This document shows positions 45,686 through 55,473 of a stretch of DNA of 64,000 bases, one piece after another. The stretch is taken from positions 130,974-194,973 of the forward strand of contig JBMNKP010000005.1 of the NCBI GenBank assembly GCA_050952265.1. Direction: 5' to 3'. The position numbers and the translations under genes are program-made. Origin of the DNA: Limnochordia bacterium. Lineage in GTDB: Bacteria > Bacillota > Limnochordia > Darwinibacteriales > Darwinibacteriaceae. The notes under the pieces were generated by a model. That model made no database searches and had not been told where the DNA came from. It saw only the letters and a program-made list of their open reading frames with translations. How positions within the stretch are numbered: the first letter of the stretch is position 1; each line of letters starts with the position of its first letter.

Positions 45686-46750
45686 TTACAGGGTTACCTC
45701 CACCTGCTGCTGGGATGGTCCACGGTAGTATGAGAGCTGCAGTTTGCCGCCAAAGCCTGCCTGCTGGACAGCATCGCGCAGCTCGCGCATCCCGGCGATC
45801 TCCTGGCCGTTGACGGCAGTGATCACATCTCCCTCGGCCAGGCCTGCGGCCGCTGCGGGAGTATCGGGCAGCACCCTCGTGATAAACGCCCCCCGGTTCA
45901 CCGCCAGGTCCAAACCCACCTGTTCCTCAATGCTCTTGGCCAGCGCAGGAGTAAGCGAACCACCCAAGACGCCGAGGCGCAGCGGCCTGCCGTGGGAGAT
46001 GATCTGATCGCCCACAGCTTTTGCCGTGGAGGAAGGGATGGCGAAGCCGATCCCCTGCGCCTGTTCGATGATAGCCGTAGTCACCCCGATCACCTGGCCC
46101 TGGTAGTCGATGAGGGGACCGCCGGAGTTGCCAGGATTGATGGCAGCATCAGTCTGGATCATCCCCTCGAGATAGCGGTTCTCCCTGGGATCGACAAGCA
46201 GATCGCGGTTCACTGCGCTGACCACGCCTGTGGTCACGGTGTTATCCTGCCCGAGGGGGTTGCCAATCGCAATTACGCCCTGCCCCACCCGAAGCTCGTC
46301 GGAATCGGCAAAGGAGGCCACGGGCAGCCCCTCGGCTTCCACTTTCACCACAGCCAGGTCAGTCAGGGCATCCCCACCCACTACCTTGCCGGTAAAGGTG
46401 CGTCCGTCGGCCAGCTGCACAAGTATCTCATCAGCCCCAGCTACCACGTGGTTGTTCGTGAGGATGTAGCCGTCCTCCCTGTAGATCACGCCAGAGCCGA
46501 TTCCCTGCCTTTTTTCCAGCTGCTGAAAAAAGAACTGGTCTACCAAGACTTCCCTGGTTGTCTCGATCTTGACAACTGCGGGGCCGACCTTCTGCACCAC
46601 CTGCACTACGGGCTCCTCCCAGTTACCCCGCGGTTCTTGAGACTCAGCGGGGGTGTCGCCGAGGGGAGCCTCAACAGGGGAAAAGACCGACCAGAGCAGA
46701 AACCCCGCCAACACCAGCAGAGCAAGGCCCATGAGTGAGCGCCATTTCAT
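45686..46750 (-). CDS. HtrA/DegP-family serine protease with PDZ domain
   Basis: 354 aa with an N-terminal TM helix, the trypsin-like catalytic triad (TNNHV, D, GNSGGPL), and a PDZ domain. Confidence 0.85.
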   Translation of the reverse strand: MKWRSLMGLALLVLAGFLLWSVFSPVEAPLGDTPAESQEPRGNWEEPVVQVVQKVGPAVVKIETTREVLVDQFFFQQLEKRQGIGSGVIYREDGYILTNNHVVAGADEILVQLADGRTFTGKVVGGDALTDLAVVKVEAEGLPVASFADSDELRVGQGVIAIGNPLGQDNTVTTGVVSAVNRDLLVDPRENRYLEGMIQTDAAINPGNSGGPLIDYQGQVIGVTTAIIEQAQGIGFAIPSSTAKAVGDQIISHGRPLRLGVLGGSLTPALAKSIEEQVGLDLAVNRGAFITRVLPDTPAAAAGLAEGDVITAVNGQEIAGMRELRDAVQQAGFGGKLQLSYYRGPSQQQVEVTL

Positions 46751-46807
46751 CGTCCCTCATCCTCCTTTTGAGCTGCCTGCCGGTAGTATAACCCCGTGGA
46801 TCTGCTT

Positions 46808-47572
46808 TTATGGTGCGATGATCGGGCGGCCCGTTAGGGGATGGTGCAGCGGTGGAACGGTGACACGGAAGACCTCGGCGATCAGTTCTGGTTTGAACAC
46901 TTCCTCAGGAGGACCTTCTTCTCTGAGCCTGCCTTCAGCTAAGACAAAGACATGGTCGCAGAAGCTGGCGGCCAGGTTGAGATCGTGGAGCACTGCTGCC
47001 ACAGTCACTCCTTCCCGGCTCTTGCGCTGGAGCAGGCGGCAGGTGTTGATCTGGTGCTCCAGATCCAGGTGCGTTGTGGGCTCATCGAGGAGCAGCACCT
47101 TGGTCTCCTGGGCAAAGGCCCGGGCGATGGTCACCCGCTGCCTTTCGCCGCCGCTCAAGCTGCTTGCCAACCGCCCTGCCAAGTGGGCGATGCCGGTGAT
47201 CTCCATACTGGCACGGACGATCTCCCGATCCCGCGCGCTCGGCGTCCCCAAGCGGGAGTAAAACGGGGCGCGTCCCAGCATCACCATTTCTTCCACCGTG
47301 AAGGGGAAGTAATAAGAGCTTTGGGGTATGAGAGCTATTTCCCGGGCTAACCTGGCTAGGCTGAAGGTGCGCAGATCCTTCCCGTCCAGATAGACGGTGC
47401 CCTCCCGCGGCCTGATGAACCCGTCCAGCAGCTTAAGCAGAGTAGATTTTCCTGCCCCGTTTGGGCCTACCACTCCGTAGAAATGCCCCGGCTTCATACT
47501 GAGGCTCACTCCGTGCACTACCGGCTCCGCCCCATAGGCAAAAGTTACATTTTCCAGTCGCATCTTATCCAT
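46808..47572 (-). CDS. iron/cobalamin-type ABC transporter ATP-binding protein
   Basis: 254 aa with Walker A GPNGAGKST, signature LSGGERQ, and Walker B. Confidence 0.85.
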   Translation of the reverse strand: MDKMRLENVTFAYGAEPVVHGVSLSMKPGHFYGVVGPNGAGKSTLLKLLDGFIRPREGTVYLDGKDLRTFSLARLAREIALIPQSSYYFPFTVEEMVMLGRAPFYSRLGTPSARDREIVRASMEITGIAHLAGRLASSLSGGERQRVTIARAFAQETKVLLLDEPTTHLDLEHQINTCRLLQRKSREGVTVAAVLHDLNLAASFCDHVFVLAEGRLREEGPPEEVFKPELIAEVFRVTVPPLHHPLTGRPIIAP

Positions 47573-48596
47573 AGAAGCTCGAGCCTCGTTTCAGCAGGTA
47601 GATGAAAAAGGGTCCCCCCACAAAAGCAGTGACAATCCCAACGGGGACTTCCAGCGGGGCAAAAGCACTGCGGGCGAGGGTGTCCGCCGCCAGCAGGAAA
47701 ACGGCCCCAACCCAGAAGGAATGAAGGATCAGCCTGCGGTTTTCTGCCCCGAGCAAAAGGCGCAGGGCGTGAGGCACCATCAGGCCCACAAAGCCGATCA
47801 CGCCTGTAACAGACACGCAGGCCGCGGCCATGAGCGATCCGATGATCAGCACGAGGCGCTGGACGCGCTGTACATCCACCCCCAAGCTGTGGGCAGCCTC
47901 TTCGCCCAGGAGATAGATGTTCAGATCTTTGGCGAGCCACAGAGCCAGAAGCAGGCCGGAGAAGACATACGGGGCGGCCATGGAGAGATGAACCCAGGTC
48001 CGGCCGGAAAGGCTGCCCATCAACCAGAGGTAGACATCCTGCAGGTTCTCGATGCGCAGTACCATAAGTGCGGAAACGACTGCGGTGAGGAAGGCTCCCA
48101 CGGCAACGCCCGCCAAAAGCAGGCTGGTCGGCTCCAGCCTTCCCCGGCGCTGCCCCAACCTGGCTACGGTCAGAGTGGCCAGGACAGCACCGGCAAAGGC
48201 GAAGAGGGGCAGGGAGGCGTATCCGGCCCAGCCCTTGGGGATTACAAGAAGCAGTGCCACCGCAGCACCCAAGGATGCTCCCGAGGAGACACCGATGATG
48301 TACGGGTCAGCCAGCGGATTGCGCAGGCTCCCTTGAAACAGCACTCCAGAAGCGCTCAAACCGCCGCCCACAACCAGGGCAAGAAGCACCCTGGGCAGCC
48401 TGATCTGCAGCACGATCGCCTGATGCGCGGCCGACCAAGTGCGCGGGATCAGGCTGCCGACCCAGGGCAGGCGGGAGGCCAAAATGGCGAGCACGTCTCT
48501 CACGTTAACTCGCACCGAACCCAGCGCAGTGGCAGCCACTGCAGCCGCGAAGACTATGAGAAGCGCTCCTGCCCAGCGGCGCAGAGGCCTGCTCAT
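47565..48596 (-). CDS. FecCD-family ABC permease
   Basis: 343 aa with about 9 TM helices, BtuC/FecCD-like. Confidence 0.85.
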   Translation of the reverse strand: MSRPLRRWAGALLIVFAAAVAATALGSVRVNVRDVLAILASRLPWVGSLIPRTWSAAHQAIVLQIRLPRVLLALVVGGGLSASGVLFQGSLRNPLADPYIIGVSSGASLGAAVALLLVIPKGWAGYASLPLFAFAGAVLATLTVARLGQRRGRLEPTSLLLAGVAVGAFLTAVVSALMVLRIENLQDVYLWLMGSLSGRTWVHLSMAAPYVFSGLLLALWLAKDLNIYLLGEEAAHSLGVDVQRVQRLVLIIGSLMAAACVSVTGVIGFVGLMVPHALRLLLGAENRRLILHSFWVGAVFLLAADTLARSAFAPLEVPVGIVTAFVGGPFFIYLLKRGSSFYG

Positions 48597-49459
48597 GGTT
48601 GAACTCCGTCGAAAATATCGATCAGCTCTTCCAGAGCGTCCAAGATCCTGGGAGTTGTCCGGGCATAGGGGTCCGGGTTCACTTCATAGACATATCCGTT
48701 CCGCATTGCGCTGGTTGTCTGCCAACTGGGGCGGCTCAGGGCCTCTTCCAGGTTGAAGCAAGTGAGGATGATCACCTGGGGATCACGCTCAATCACCAGT
48801 TCCTCGCTGAAAATCGGCCAGGGCGTGTCAGCATCGCGGGCAATGTTCTCTCCGCCAGCCAGTTCAATCAACTCATGCAGGAAGCTGCCTGGCCCGACTG
48901 TCATCAGCGGGTCATTCCAGGTTTCGAGCCAGACACGCGGTCTGAAGCTGCGCTGCGCCCGTTCGGTCAGTTCCTCCAGGCGCGCTGCCATGGCTGCCGC
49001 CAGCTCTCTCCCCCGCTCCTCTGCCCCGACCGCCTTCCCAAGCTCGATAAGGGACTCCTGGATGTCAGCGATGGTGGAAGGAGCGATGACGAAGGTGGGT
49101 ATACCGAACGCCTTCAACGTCTCCATATGTCCCTGCACCAAAGTGGCATCAGCCACAACCAGGTCCGGTTCCAGGCTGAGCAGCACCTCCAGGTTGAGGT
49201 TCAATGCATCGCCGATCACGGTCCTTTCCTTGGTTTCCGCAGGATAGTCGCACCAACTCGTTACGCCGACAACCCGGTCGCCCACGCCCAAGGCAAACAG
49301 GTTTTCCGTGATGCTGGGCGCGAGGGATACGATACGCTGCGGAGCCGCGCCAAAAGCGTTGGCTGACATAAACGCCGTCATTGTCACTACAAGAACAAGC
49401 ACGATACGGTACCGTCTGCTCAAAGCAATTCCCCCTAGAAAAAAATCACCCCAGGACAT
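48593..49459 (-). CDS. periplasmic-binding protein (BtuF/siderophore-type, PBP cluster A)
   Basis: 288 aa with a signal peptide, then IVSLAPSITENLFALGVGDRVVGV. Located downstream of a cobalamin riboswitch. Confidence 0.8.
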   Translation of the reverse strand: MSWGDFFLGGIALSRRYRIVLVLVVTMTAFMSANAFGAAPQRIVSLAPSITENLFALGVGDRVVGVTSWCDYPAETKERTVIGDALNLNLEVLLSLEPDLVVADATLVQGHMETLKAFGIPTFVIAPSTIADIQESLIELGKAVGAEERGRELAAAMAARLEELTERAQRSFRPRVWLETWNDPLMTVGPGSFLHELIELAGGENIARDADTPWPIFSEELVIERDPQVIILTCFNLEEALSRPSWQTTSAMRNGYVYEVNPDPYARTTPRILDALEELIDIFDGVQP

Positions 49460-49499
49460 AGTCGCTAGGGAGCACGAAAAACAGCACCCTCCTTTCCGC

Positions 49500-49700
49500 G
49501 AAGGTTGGTCCTGACGACTTCCGAACTGGCAGGTCTCCTGGCTCCCAAGTCATCGCGTATCCATTCCTTCCCCACAAACGTGAGTGGATCCCATGGAACG
49601 CTCCTTGAATACAGTGGCGGGACCGCGTGGTTTCTCGTTGCCGAGCCCAACTTCCCTATTCTCCGCCCTGCCCTGCTTGGACAGGCCGGCACCAGTTCAC
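49500..49700 (-). ncRNA. cobalamin (B12) riboswitch
   Basis: Minus strand has GGGAAGTTGG...CCCGCCACTGT...GCCAGGAGACCTGCC (B12 box) directly upstream of the ABC importer operon. Confidence 0.65.
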
Positions 49701-49796
49701 GAATTCAGTTGTCATCCTATGTATACTACACACTCAACCAATATCCTTCCCCACCTTTGGACATACTACGAAACGTCAAAGGAAAGGGGTCGGGCC

Positions 49797-50435
49797 TTGA
49801 GCTACCGTGACTACATAGAAGCCCAAAAAAAGTACATCCAAACAAAGAAAGAAGCGCTGGCCGCTAAGCGGGAGAGAGAACGCAGTCCCCGACCGCCTTC
49901 GTATGATCCCCCGCCGGCGCGCACTCACCCACTGCTCATCGCTGGGCTGCTCTTACTGGCTGTTCTGCCCCTGTTCATCCTGCCCTTTTTGCTTGTCCCG
50001 GCCGCGGTTTCCCAGCCCCCTGCTGAGCTGACCCTTTGGGTGTGCAGCAGCGCGGCCGAATTCGCCGCGCTGCAGAACTGGCTCGAACCAGAACTCCTGG
50101 CCAACGAGCTCACCTGGACGCTGCGCCACACAGATTCCAAGGAAGAACTGCTCTTTGCCTGGCGGCAGCGCCTGGTGGACCTGGCCATCGTCGGAGAAGA
50201 CCTGGCAGAGGAGCTCTACGCCTCCGCAGCCTTGGCTCCTCTGTGTGATCGGCTCGAAGGGGCCACATGGGAGAACTGCTTCGCCCCCCTTTGGGAAAGG
50301 GAACCCTTCAGGAAGACCTATGGCTGGGCCATCCCCTCTGCGGGAAGAGTTTCACAGGCGCGCCACCTGGTTACGGTTATGCGGCAGTTCGCTCCGGCTT
50401 TCAGGCCTCAGCTGCCGCTTCCACCGTCGCCTTAA
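49797..50435 (+). CDS. hypothetical membrane-anchored protein with an N-terminal fragment of an ABC solute-binding-protein-like domain; possible gene remnant
   Basis: TTG start after SD aaaggaaagggg. Charged N-terminus, one TM helix, then [12 protein letters not shown]...GWAIPSAG. The ORF runs into the folD 3' end on the opposite strand. Confidence 0.35.
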   Translation: MSYRDYIEAQKKYIQTKKEALAAKRERERSPRPPSYDPPPARTHPLLIAGLLLLAVLPLFILPFLLVPAAVSQPPAELTLWVCSSAAEFAALQNWLEPELLANELTWTLRHTDSKEELLFAWRQRLVDLAIVGEDLAEELYASAALAPLCDRLEGATWENCFAPLWEREPFRKTYGWAIPSAGRVSQARHLVTVMRQFAPAFRPQLPLPPSP

Positions 50436-51243
50436 GCAGCATGGCGATAGTCATGGGTCCCACGCCTCCCGGAACCGGCGTGATCGCTCCCGCCACCTCC
50501 TTCACTTCCTCGAAGTCCACATCGCCCACTATCCCGCCGTCGACCCGGTTGATGCCCACATCAATGACCACTGCTCCAGGTTTTACCCAATCCTTTTTCA
50601 CCAGCTGGGGACGTCCAACCGCGGCGATGAGGATATCTGCCCTGCGAGCCTCCGCAGCCACGTCTTTGGTACGGGAATGGCAGATAGTCACCGTGGCATT
50701 TTCCCGCAGGAACAGCGCCGCCGCTGGTTTTCCCACGATGTTACTGCGCCCGATGATCACCACATTCTGCCCGGCGATCGGCACTCCTGTGCGCTTAACA
50801 AGTTCCAGAACACCCGCTGGCGTGCAGGGGATTAAGCCCTTGGTACCTATGTAGAGCTTGCCCACATTGCTGGGGTGAAAACCGTCCACATCCTTCTCTG
50901 GGGAGATGGCGTTGATCACCTCTTCTTCATCGAGATGCGCTGGTAGAGGAAGCTGCACCAGGATGCCGTGCACCTTGCTATCGGCGTTCAGCTGCTCGAT
51001 CAGACCAAGCAGCTGCTCGCGGGTTGTGTCCTCCGCAAGGCGGTGCACCGTGGAGTTGATACCCACTTCCTCACACGCCCTCTGCTTGTTGCGTACATAC
51101 ACCTTCGAGGCAGGGTTGTCGCCCACGAGCACCACATGCAGGCCGGGCGTCTTGCCCTGAGCCGTCAGTTCGGCAACCCGCTTGGCGAGATCGGCCCGGA
51201 TCTCCTGGGCAATGGCTTTTCCATCGATGATCTTGGCGGTCAT
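50401..51243 (-). CDS. folD: bifunctional methylene-THF dehydrogenase/methenyl-THF cyclohydrolase
   Basis: 280 aa from [12 protein letters not shown]. The tool ORF extends further upstream. Confidence 0.9.
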   Translation of the reverse strand: MTAKIIDGKAIAQEIRADLAKRVAELTAQGKTPGLHVVLVGDNPASKVYVRNKQRACEEVGINSTVHRLAEDTTREQLLGLIEQLNADSKVHGILVQLPLPAHLDEEEVINAISPEKDVDGFHPSNVGKLYIGTKGLIPCTPAGVLELVKRTGVPIAGQNVVIIGRSNIVGKPAAALFLRENATVTICHSRTKDVAAEARRADILIAAVGRPQLVKKDWVKPGAVVIDVGINRVDGGIVGDVDFEEVKEVAGAITPVPGGVGPMTIAMLLKATVEAAAEA

Positions 51244-51324
51244 CTCTGTCCTCCTCTCATTCGGCAGAGCCGTTAGTTGATCAGTTGGACAGCCTTTCGG
51301 CAAATCCTCCCCAACGCAGTAGAC

Positions 51325-51352
51325 GTGAAAAGAGCCCCCTGAAAGGGAGCTC
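51325..51352 (-). terminator. terminator after tRNA-Arg
   Basis: Minus strand: GAGCTCCCtttcaGGGGGCTC followed by TTTTCACG. Confidence 0.65.
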
Positions 51353-51381
51353 GCAAAAGTCTTTGGCATTGGTTAAAGAGA

Positions 51382-51456
51382 TGGCGCGCCTAGCAGGACT
51401 CGAACCTGCGCACCCGGCTCCGGAGGCCGGTGCTCTATCCTCTGAGCTATAGGCGC
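51382..51456 (-). tRNA. tRNA-Arg (CCG)
   Basis: Acceptor GCGCCTA/TAGGCGC, anticodon loop CTCCGGA, T-loop GGTTCGAGTCC. Confidence 0.85.
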
Positions 51457-51894
51457 ACCCTGTGACGAAACAATTATATCAGCTCAAACCGCAAAGATCA
51501 AGCACGACTGCGGCGAGGTTCCGCAGAAGATCGTCCTAAGGTGCGTCGGTTCTACCACACATACGGGCAATCGGGAATCACCTTTTTGCATTTGTCCCAG
51601 TACCCACCGCCGGGCACCAGCTCAATGCTGTCTCTTCAGCGAGTTTGGTCAACTGCTCCAGCGTTTCGCATCGGACCGCCTTTTCAATCAAGTCCGTATG
51701 GTTCTCTCCCAAGCGTGCAGCCGACCTTTGATGTCCATGGTTCGCTCATCCTTGATACAGATTGGCCATGTGTCATATATCAGGAGATTTCACATCCCGA
51801 AAGTACGCGGAAACCCTGATTGGATCCTGCTTTCCACGGTTTGTTTACACTCTCAACGCGCACCAAATTCGCGGCAGAAAAGGGTAGAGACCGC

Positions 51895-51938
51895 TTGACA
51901 GAGGTCTGCCTAACAGTATAATTATTACTAACAGTAAT
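51895..51938 (+). promoter_or_regulatory. ahpC promoter (TTGACA-16-TATAAT) with overlapping PerR-like box and ATTACT-n3-AGTAAT inverted repeat
   Basis: TTGACAgaggtctgcctaacagTATAATTATTACTAACAGTAATCATTACT. The stretch TATAATTATTACTAA resembles the Bacillus PerR box TTATAATnATTATAA. Confidence 0.55.
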
Positions 51939-51965
51939 CATTACTCTTTTATAGGGAGGATCCGC

Positions 51966-52529
51966 ATGTCTCATATCGGCAGAGAAATCAGCGATTTCAA
52001 GGTAAAGGCGTTTCACAATGGTGAGTTCAAGGATGTAACCAAAGCTGACATCCTAGGCAAATGGTCCGTCTTTGTATTCTACCCCGCCGATTTCACCTTT
52101 GTCTGCCCCACTGAGCTCGGTGATCTGGCAGATCTCTATCCGGAATTTCAGAAGATCGGCGCTGAAGTCTACTCCGTATCCACAGACAGCCACTTCGTGC
52201 ATAAAGCCTGGTATGATGCTTCGGACACGATCAAAAAGATCCAATACCCGATGCTGGCCGATCCCACGGGCAGGCTGTCCAGAGAGTTTGGAGTCTACAT
52301 TGAAGACGAAGGCATGGCTCTGCGCGGTAGTTTCATCATCAACCCCCAGGGAAAGGTCGTTTCCTACGAGATCAACGACAACAGCATCGGCCGCGATGCC
52401 TCTGAACTTCTGCGCAAGGTACAGGCAGCTCAGTATGTGGCAAAACACGGTGACCAGGTCTGCCCCGCCAAATGGCGTCCAGGCGCACAGACCCTCAAAC
52501 CCGGCATCGAACTGGTGGGCAGGCTCTAA
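51966..52529 (+). CDS. ahpC: 2-Cys peroxiredoxin (AhpC/Prx1 family)
   Basis: 187 aa with peroxidatic FTFVCPTE and resolving VCPAKW. No ahpF adjacent. Confidence 0.85.
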   Translation: MSHIGREISDFKVKAFHNGEFKDVTKADILGKWSVFVFYPADFTFVCPTELGDLADLYPEFQKIGAEVYSVSTDSHFVHKAWYDASDTIKKIQYPMLADPTGRLSREFGVYIEDEGMALRGSFIINPQGKVVSYEINDNSIGRDASELLRKVQAAQYVAKHGDQVCPAKWRPGAQTLKPGIELVGRL

Positions 52530-52544
52530 GTCCTGCCTGCCGGC

Positions 52545-52573
52545 AAGGAGCAGTGCGAACTGCTCCTTTTTTC
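52545..52573 (+). terminator. rho-independent terminator
   Basis: GGAGCAGTgcgaACTGCTCC followed by TTTTTTC. Confidence 0.85.
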
Positions 52574-52659
52574 TTGCATTTCCTTTGGCCTAAGCTGGGC
52601 CGCGCCAGCGTGAACTCACTTGACAGGGCACAACCTAATGGTGTACAGTTGATTTACGG

Positions 52660-52676
52660 ACACCCCCCGGGGGTGT
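52660..52676 (+). promoter_or_regulatory. CsoR-type operator (perfect palindrome ACACCCCCCGGGGGTGT) upstream of copA
   Basis: A 17-bp GC-tract palindrome 9 nt upstream of the copA start, of the type bound by CsoR (ATACCC...GGGTAT-like). csoR is encoded at the 3' end of the same operon. Confidence 0.6.
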
Positions 52677-52684
52677 AGTGGGGA

Positions 52685-54964
52685 GTGAGGCACGTGAAAA
52701 AAGAGAAATACACAGTCAGCGGAATGACCTGCGCTGCCTGCTCTGCGGCGGTAGAACGAGCCGTCAGCCAGGTACCTGGCGTCAGTTCAGTAAACGTTAA
52801 CCTGCTGGCGAACGTCATGGTTGTTGAGTACGATGAGAGTGCCCTTGACGCGAGCAGGATCATTGCGGCGGTGAGCGATGCCGGTTATGCAGCGGCTCCT
52901 GCTTCTGCCGAACAGCAGCGAACCCAAGCCGCGCCCGTGGGCGCCATCACCGACGAAATCGCCCAGATGAAAAAGCGCGTCGTCGTCTCTCTGGTGTTCA
53001 TGGTCCTGCTCATGTACGTATCCATGGGGCACATGCTGCACCTGCCCGTTCCCGCTTTCCTCCTGGGCTTGGAGAACGCTGGAACCATGGCGCTTCTGCA
53101 GTTCCTTTTGACTCTGCCGGTGTTGCTTGTTAACCGCCAGTACTTCCAGGTCGGTTTTAAGACTCTCTGGCGCAGAAGCCCGAATATGGATTCCCTGATC
53201 GCCATCGGCTCGGGAGCCGCAGTAGTCTACGGAGTCTTCGCACTCTTCCGGATCAGCTACGGACTCGGTCACGGCGAGCTCGATCTGGTGGCAAGGTACA
53301 GCCACGACCTCTACTTCGAGTCTGCCGGCATGATCCTGGCCCTCATCACCCTGGGTAAGTTCCTGGAAGCCCGCTCCAAGGGGCGCACAAGCGATGCCAT
53401 CGCCAAGTTGATGGACCTTGCCCCCAAAACGGCCACAGTCATCCGCGATGGGCAGGAGATGGAGATACCGGCAGCGGATCTGGTGGTCGGCGACATCATT
53501 GTTATCCGGCCCGGACAGAGCATTCCCGTTGACGGAGTCATCATTGAGGGCAGTTCAGCTGTGGACGAGTCGGCCATCACGGGAGAGAGCATTCCAGTGG
53601 CCAAGACCGTAGGCGATCCGGTAGTCTCCGCTACCCTCAACAAAGCTGGGGCCTTTAAGTTCAGGGCAACCCGCATCGGCGAGGACACCACCTTGGCCCA
53701 GATCATCCGCCTGGTGGAAGAGGCCGGTGCTTCCAAAGCGCCCATTGCGAAACTGGCGGACCGGATCAGTGCTGTGTTCGTGCCGGTGGTCATGGCCATA
53801 GCCTTGGCAGCCTTTATCATCTGGCTTTTGCTGGGCTATCCCTTAGAGTTCGCCCTTACCACTGCCGTAGCCGTCCTGGTCATCTCCTGCCCCTGTGCCC
53901 TCGGCCTCGCTACGCCCGTGGCGATCATGGTCGGAACCGGTCAAGGCGCTCTCCACGGGATCCTCATCAAGTCTGCGGAGGCACTGGAGACGGCTCACAG
54001 CGTAGATACAATTGTGCTCGATAAGACCGGGACGATTACCGAAGGGCGCCCCGAAGTAACCGATGTGATCCCAGGTCCAGACCTGAAGCCCGAAGAGCTC
54101 CTGCAGCTTGCGGCTTCCCTGGAGAAACCTTCCGAACATCCCCTGGCCGAAGCAGTAACGGCCAAAGCAGCTCAAGAAGGTTTGGAGCCGGCCCCGGTTG
54201 ATGAGTTTATGGCGGTGCCCGGAAAAGGGATCCGGGCCGAACTGGGCGGTAAAACCTACCTTGCCGGCAATCTGGCCTTCATGCAGGAGAACAAAATCGA
54301 GCTGGGCATCTTCGCCGCTGAAGCGGACAGACTGGCAGAAGAGGGCAAGACGCCCATGTACTTTGCTGACACAAGGCGCGCCCTGGGCCTGATCGCCGCT
54401 GCGGATGTGGTGAAACCCACCAGCAGGCAGGCGATCGCCGCCCTTGAGAGCATGGGACTTGATGTGGTTATGCTCACCGGCGACAACAAGCGAACGGCGG
54501 AAGCGATCCGCAGGGAGTTAAACCTGGGGTCTGCGCTAGCGGAAGTGCTGCCTGAGGACAAGGAGCGTGAGATTCGGCGCCTGCAGGAACAGGGCAGGAA
54601 GGTGGCCATGGTGGGAGACGGCATCAACGATGCCCCGGCCCTCGCCCGCGCCGATGTGGGGATCGCTATCGGAGCCGGCACGGATGTGGCCCTGGAATCT
54701 GCCGACATCGTCTTAGTCAAAAACGATCTGCGGGATGTGGTAACCGCAGTGAAGTTGAGCAGAGCCACCCTGCGCAACATCAAGCAGAATCTGTTCTGGG
54801 CGTTCTTCTACAACAGCTTGGGCATCCCCCTCGCTGCAGGACTGTTCTATCCCCTCTTTGGGTGGAAGCTCAGCCCGATGTATGCGGCAGCGGCCATGAG
54901 CCTAAGCTCCATCTTCGTTGTGACCAACGCCCTGCGGCTGAGAAAGTTTACACCAAAGAACTGA
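52685..54964 (+). CDS. copA: copper-translocating P1B-type ATPase
   Basis: N-terminal HMA (GMTCAACSAAVE), CPC, DKTGT, HP, and GDGINDAP. Start is either the GTG at 52685 or the GTG at 52694. Confidence 0.9.
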   Translation: MRHVKKEKYTVSGMTCAACSAAVERAVSQVPGVSSVNVNLLANVMVVEYDESALDASRIIAAVSDAGYAAAPASAEQQRTQAAPVGAITDEIAQMKKRVVVSLVFMVLLMYVSMGHMLHLPVPAFLLGLENAGTMALLQFLLTLPVLLVNRQYFQVGFKTLWRRSPNMDSLIAIGSGAAVVYGVFALFRISYGLGHGELDLVARYSHDLYFESAGMILALITLGKFLEARSKGRTSDAIAKLMDLAPKTATVIRDGQEMEIPAADLVVGDIIVIRPGQSIPVDGVIIEGSSAVDESAITGESIPVAKTVGDPVVSATLNKAGAFKFRATRIGEDTTLAQIIRLVEEAGASKAPIAKLADRISAVFVPVVMAIALAAFIIWLLLGYPLEFALTTAVAVLVISCPCALGLATPVAIMVGTGQGALHGILIKSAEALETAHSVDTIVLDKTGTITEGRPEVTDVIPGPDLKPEELLQLAASLEKPSEHPLAEAVTAKAAQEGLEPAPVDEFMAVPGKGIRAELGGKTYLAGNLAFMQENKIELGIFAAEADRLAEEGKTPMYFADTRRALGLIAAADVVKPTSRQAIAALESMGLDVVMLTGDNKRTAEAIRRELNLGSALAEVLPEDKEREIRRLQEQGRKVAMVGDGINDAPALARADVGIAIGAGTDVALESADIVLVKNDLRDVVTAVKLSRATLRNIKQNLFWAFFYNSLGIPLAAGLFYPLFGWKLSPMYAAAAMSLSSIFVVTNALRLRKFTPKN

Positions 54965-54970
54965 AGGAGT

Positions 54971-55213
54971 GTGCCAATGATGAAGAAGGTCGTAGAGATC
55001 AAAGGTATGAGCTGCGAACACTGCCAAAACCGCGTGGAAAAGGCCTTAAACGCCCTGCCTGGGATCAGAGCTGAAGTAAACCACAAAAAGGGTCAAGCAG
55101 TACTCTCGGTGGACGGAGAGTGGAACGAGGAAGCGGTGATCCAGGCGGTGAGCAACGCAGGTTACGAGGTGGTTTCCATCACTGACAAAAAGGGGCTCTT
55201 TGGCAGAAGATGA
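54971..55213 (+). CDS. copZ: copper chaperone CopZ (HMA domain)
   Basis: MKKVVEIKGMSCEHCQNRVEKAL. Confidence 0.8.
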   Translation: MPMMKKVVEIKGMSCEHCQNRVEKALNALPGIRAEVNHKKGQAVLSVDGEWNEEAVIQAVSNAGYEVVSITDKKGLFGRR

Positions 55214-55473
55214 GAAGCGACAAGGCAAGGATCACGCGCCTCTTGAAGACAGCCCGCGGGCAGCTGGACGGGCTGCTGCGGATGGTGGAAGAAGACCGTT
55301 ACTGCGTGGATATTTCCAACCAGATCCTGGCAACCCAGGCCATCCTGCGCACCATCAACCACGAGATCCTGCACGACCACATCAACACCTGTGTGCGGGA
55401 AGCTGTAGGCACGGAAAATGCCGATGCCAAGATCGCAGAAGTTATGGCCATCATCGACAAGTTAACGAAATAA
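55210..55473 (+). CDS. csoR: CsoR/RcnR-family metal-sensing repressor
   Basis: 87 aa, DUF156, with the conserved C..H..C pattern (RYCVDISNQILATQAILRTINHEILHDHINTC). Confidence 0.8.
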   Translation: MRSDKARITRLLKTARGQLDGLLRMVEEDRYCVDISNQILATQAILRTINHEILHDHINTCVREAVGTENADAKIAEVMAIIDKLTK

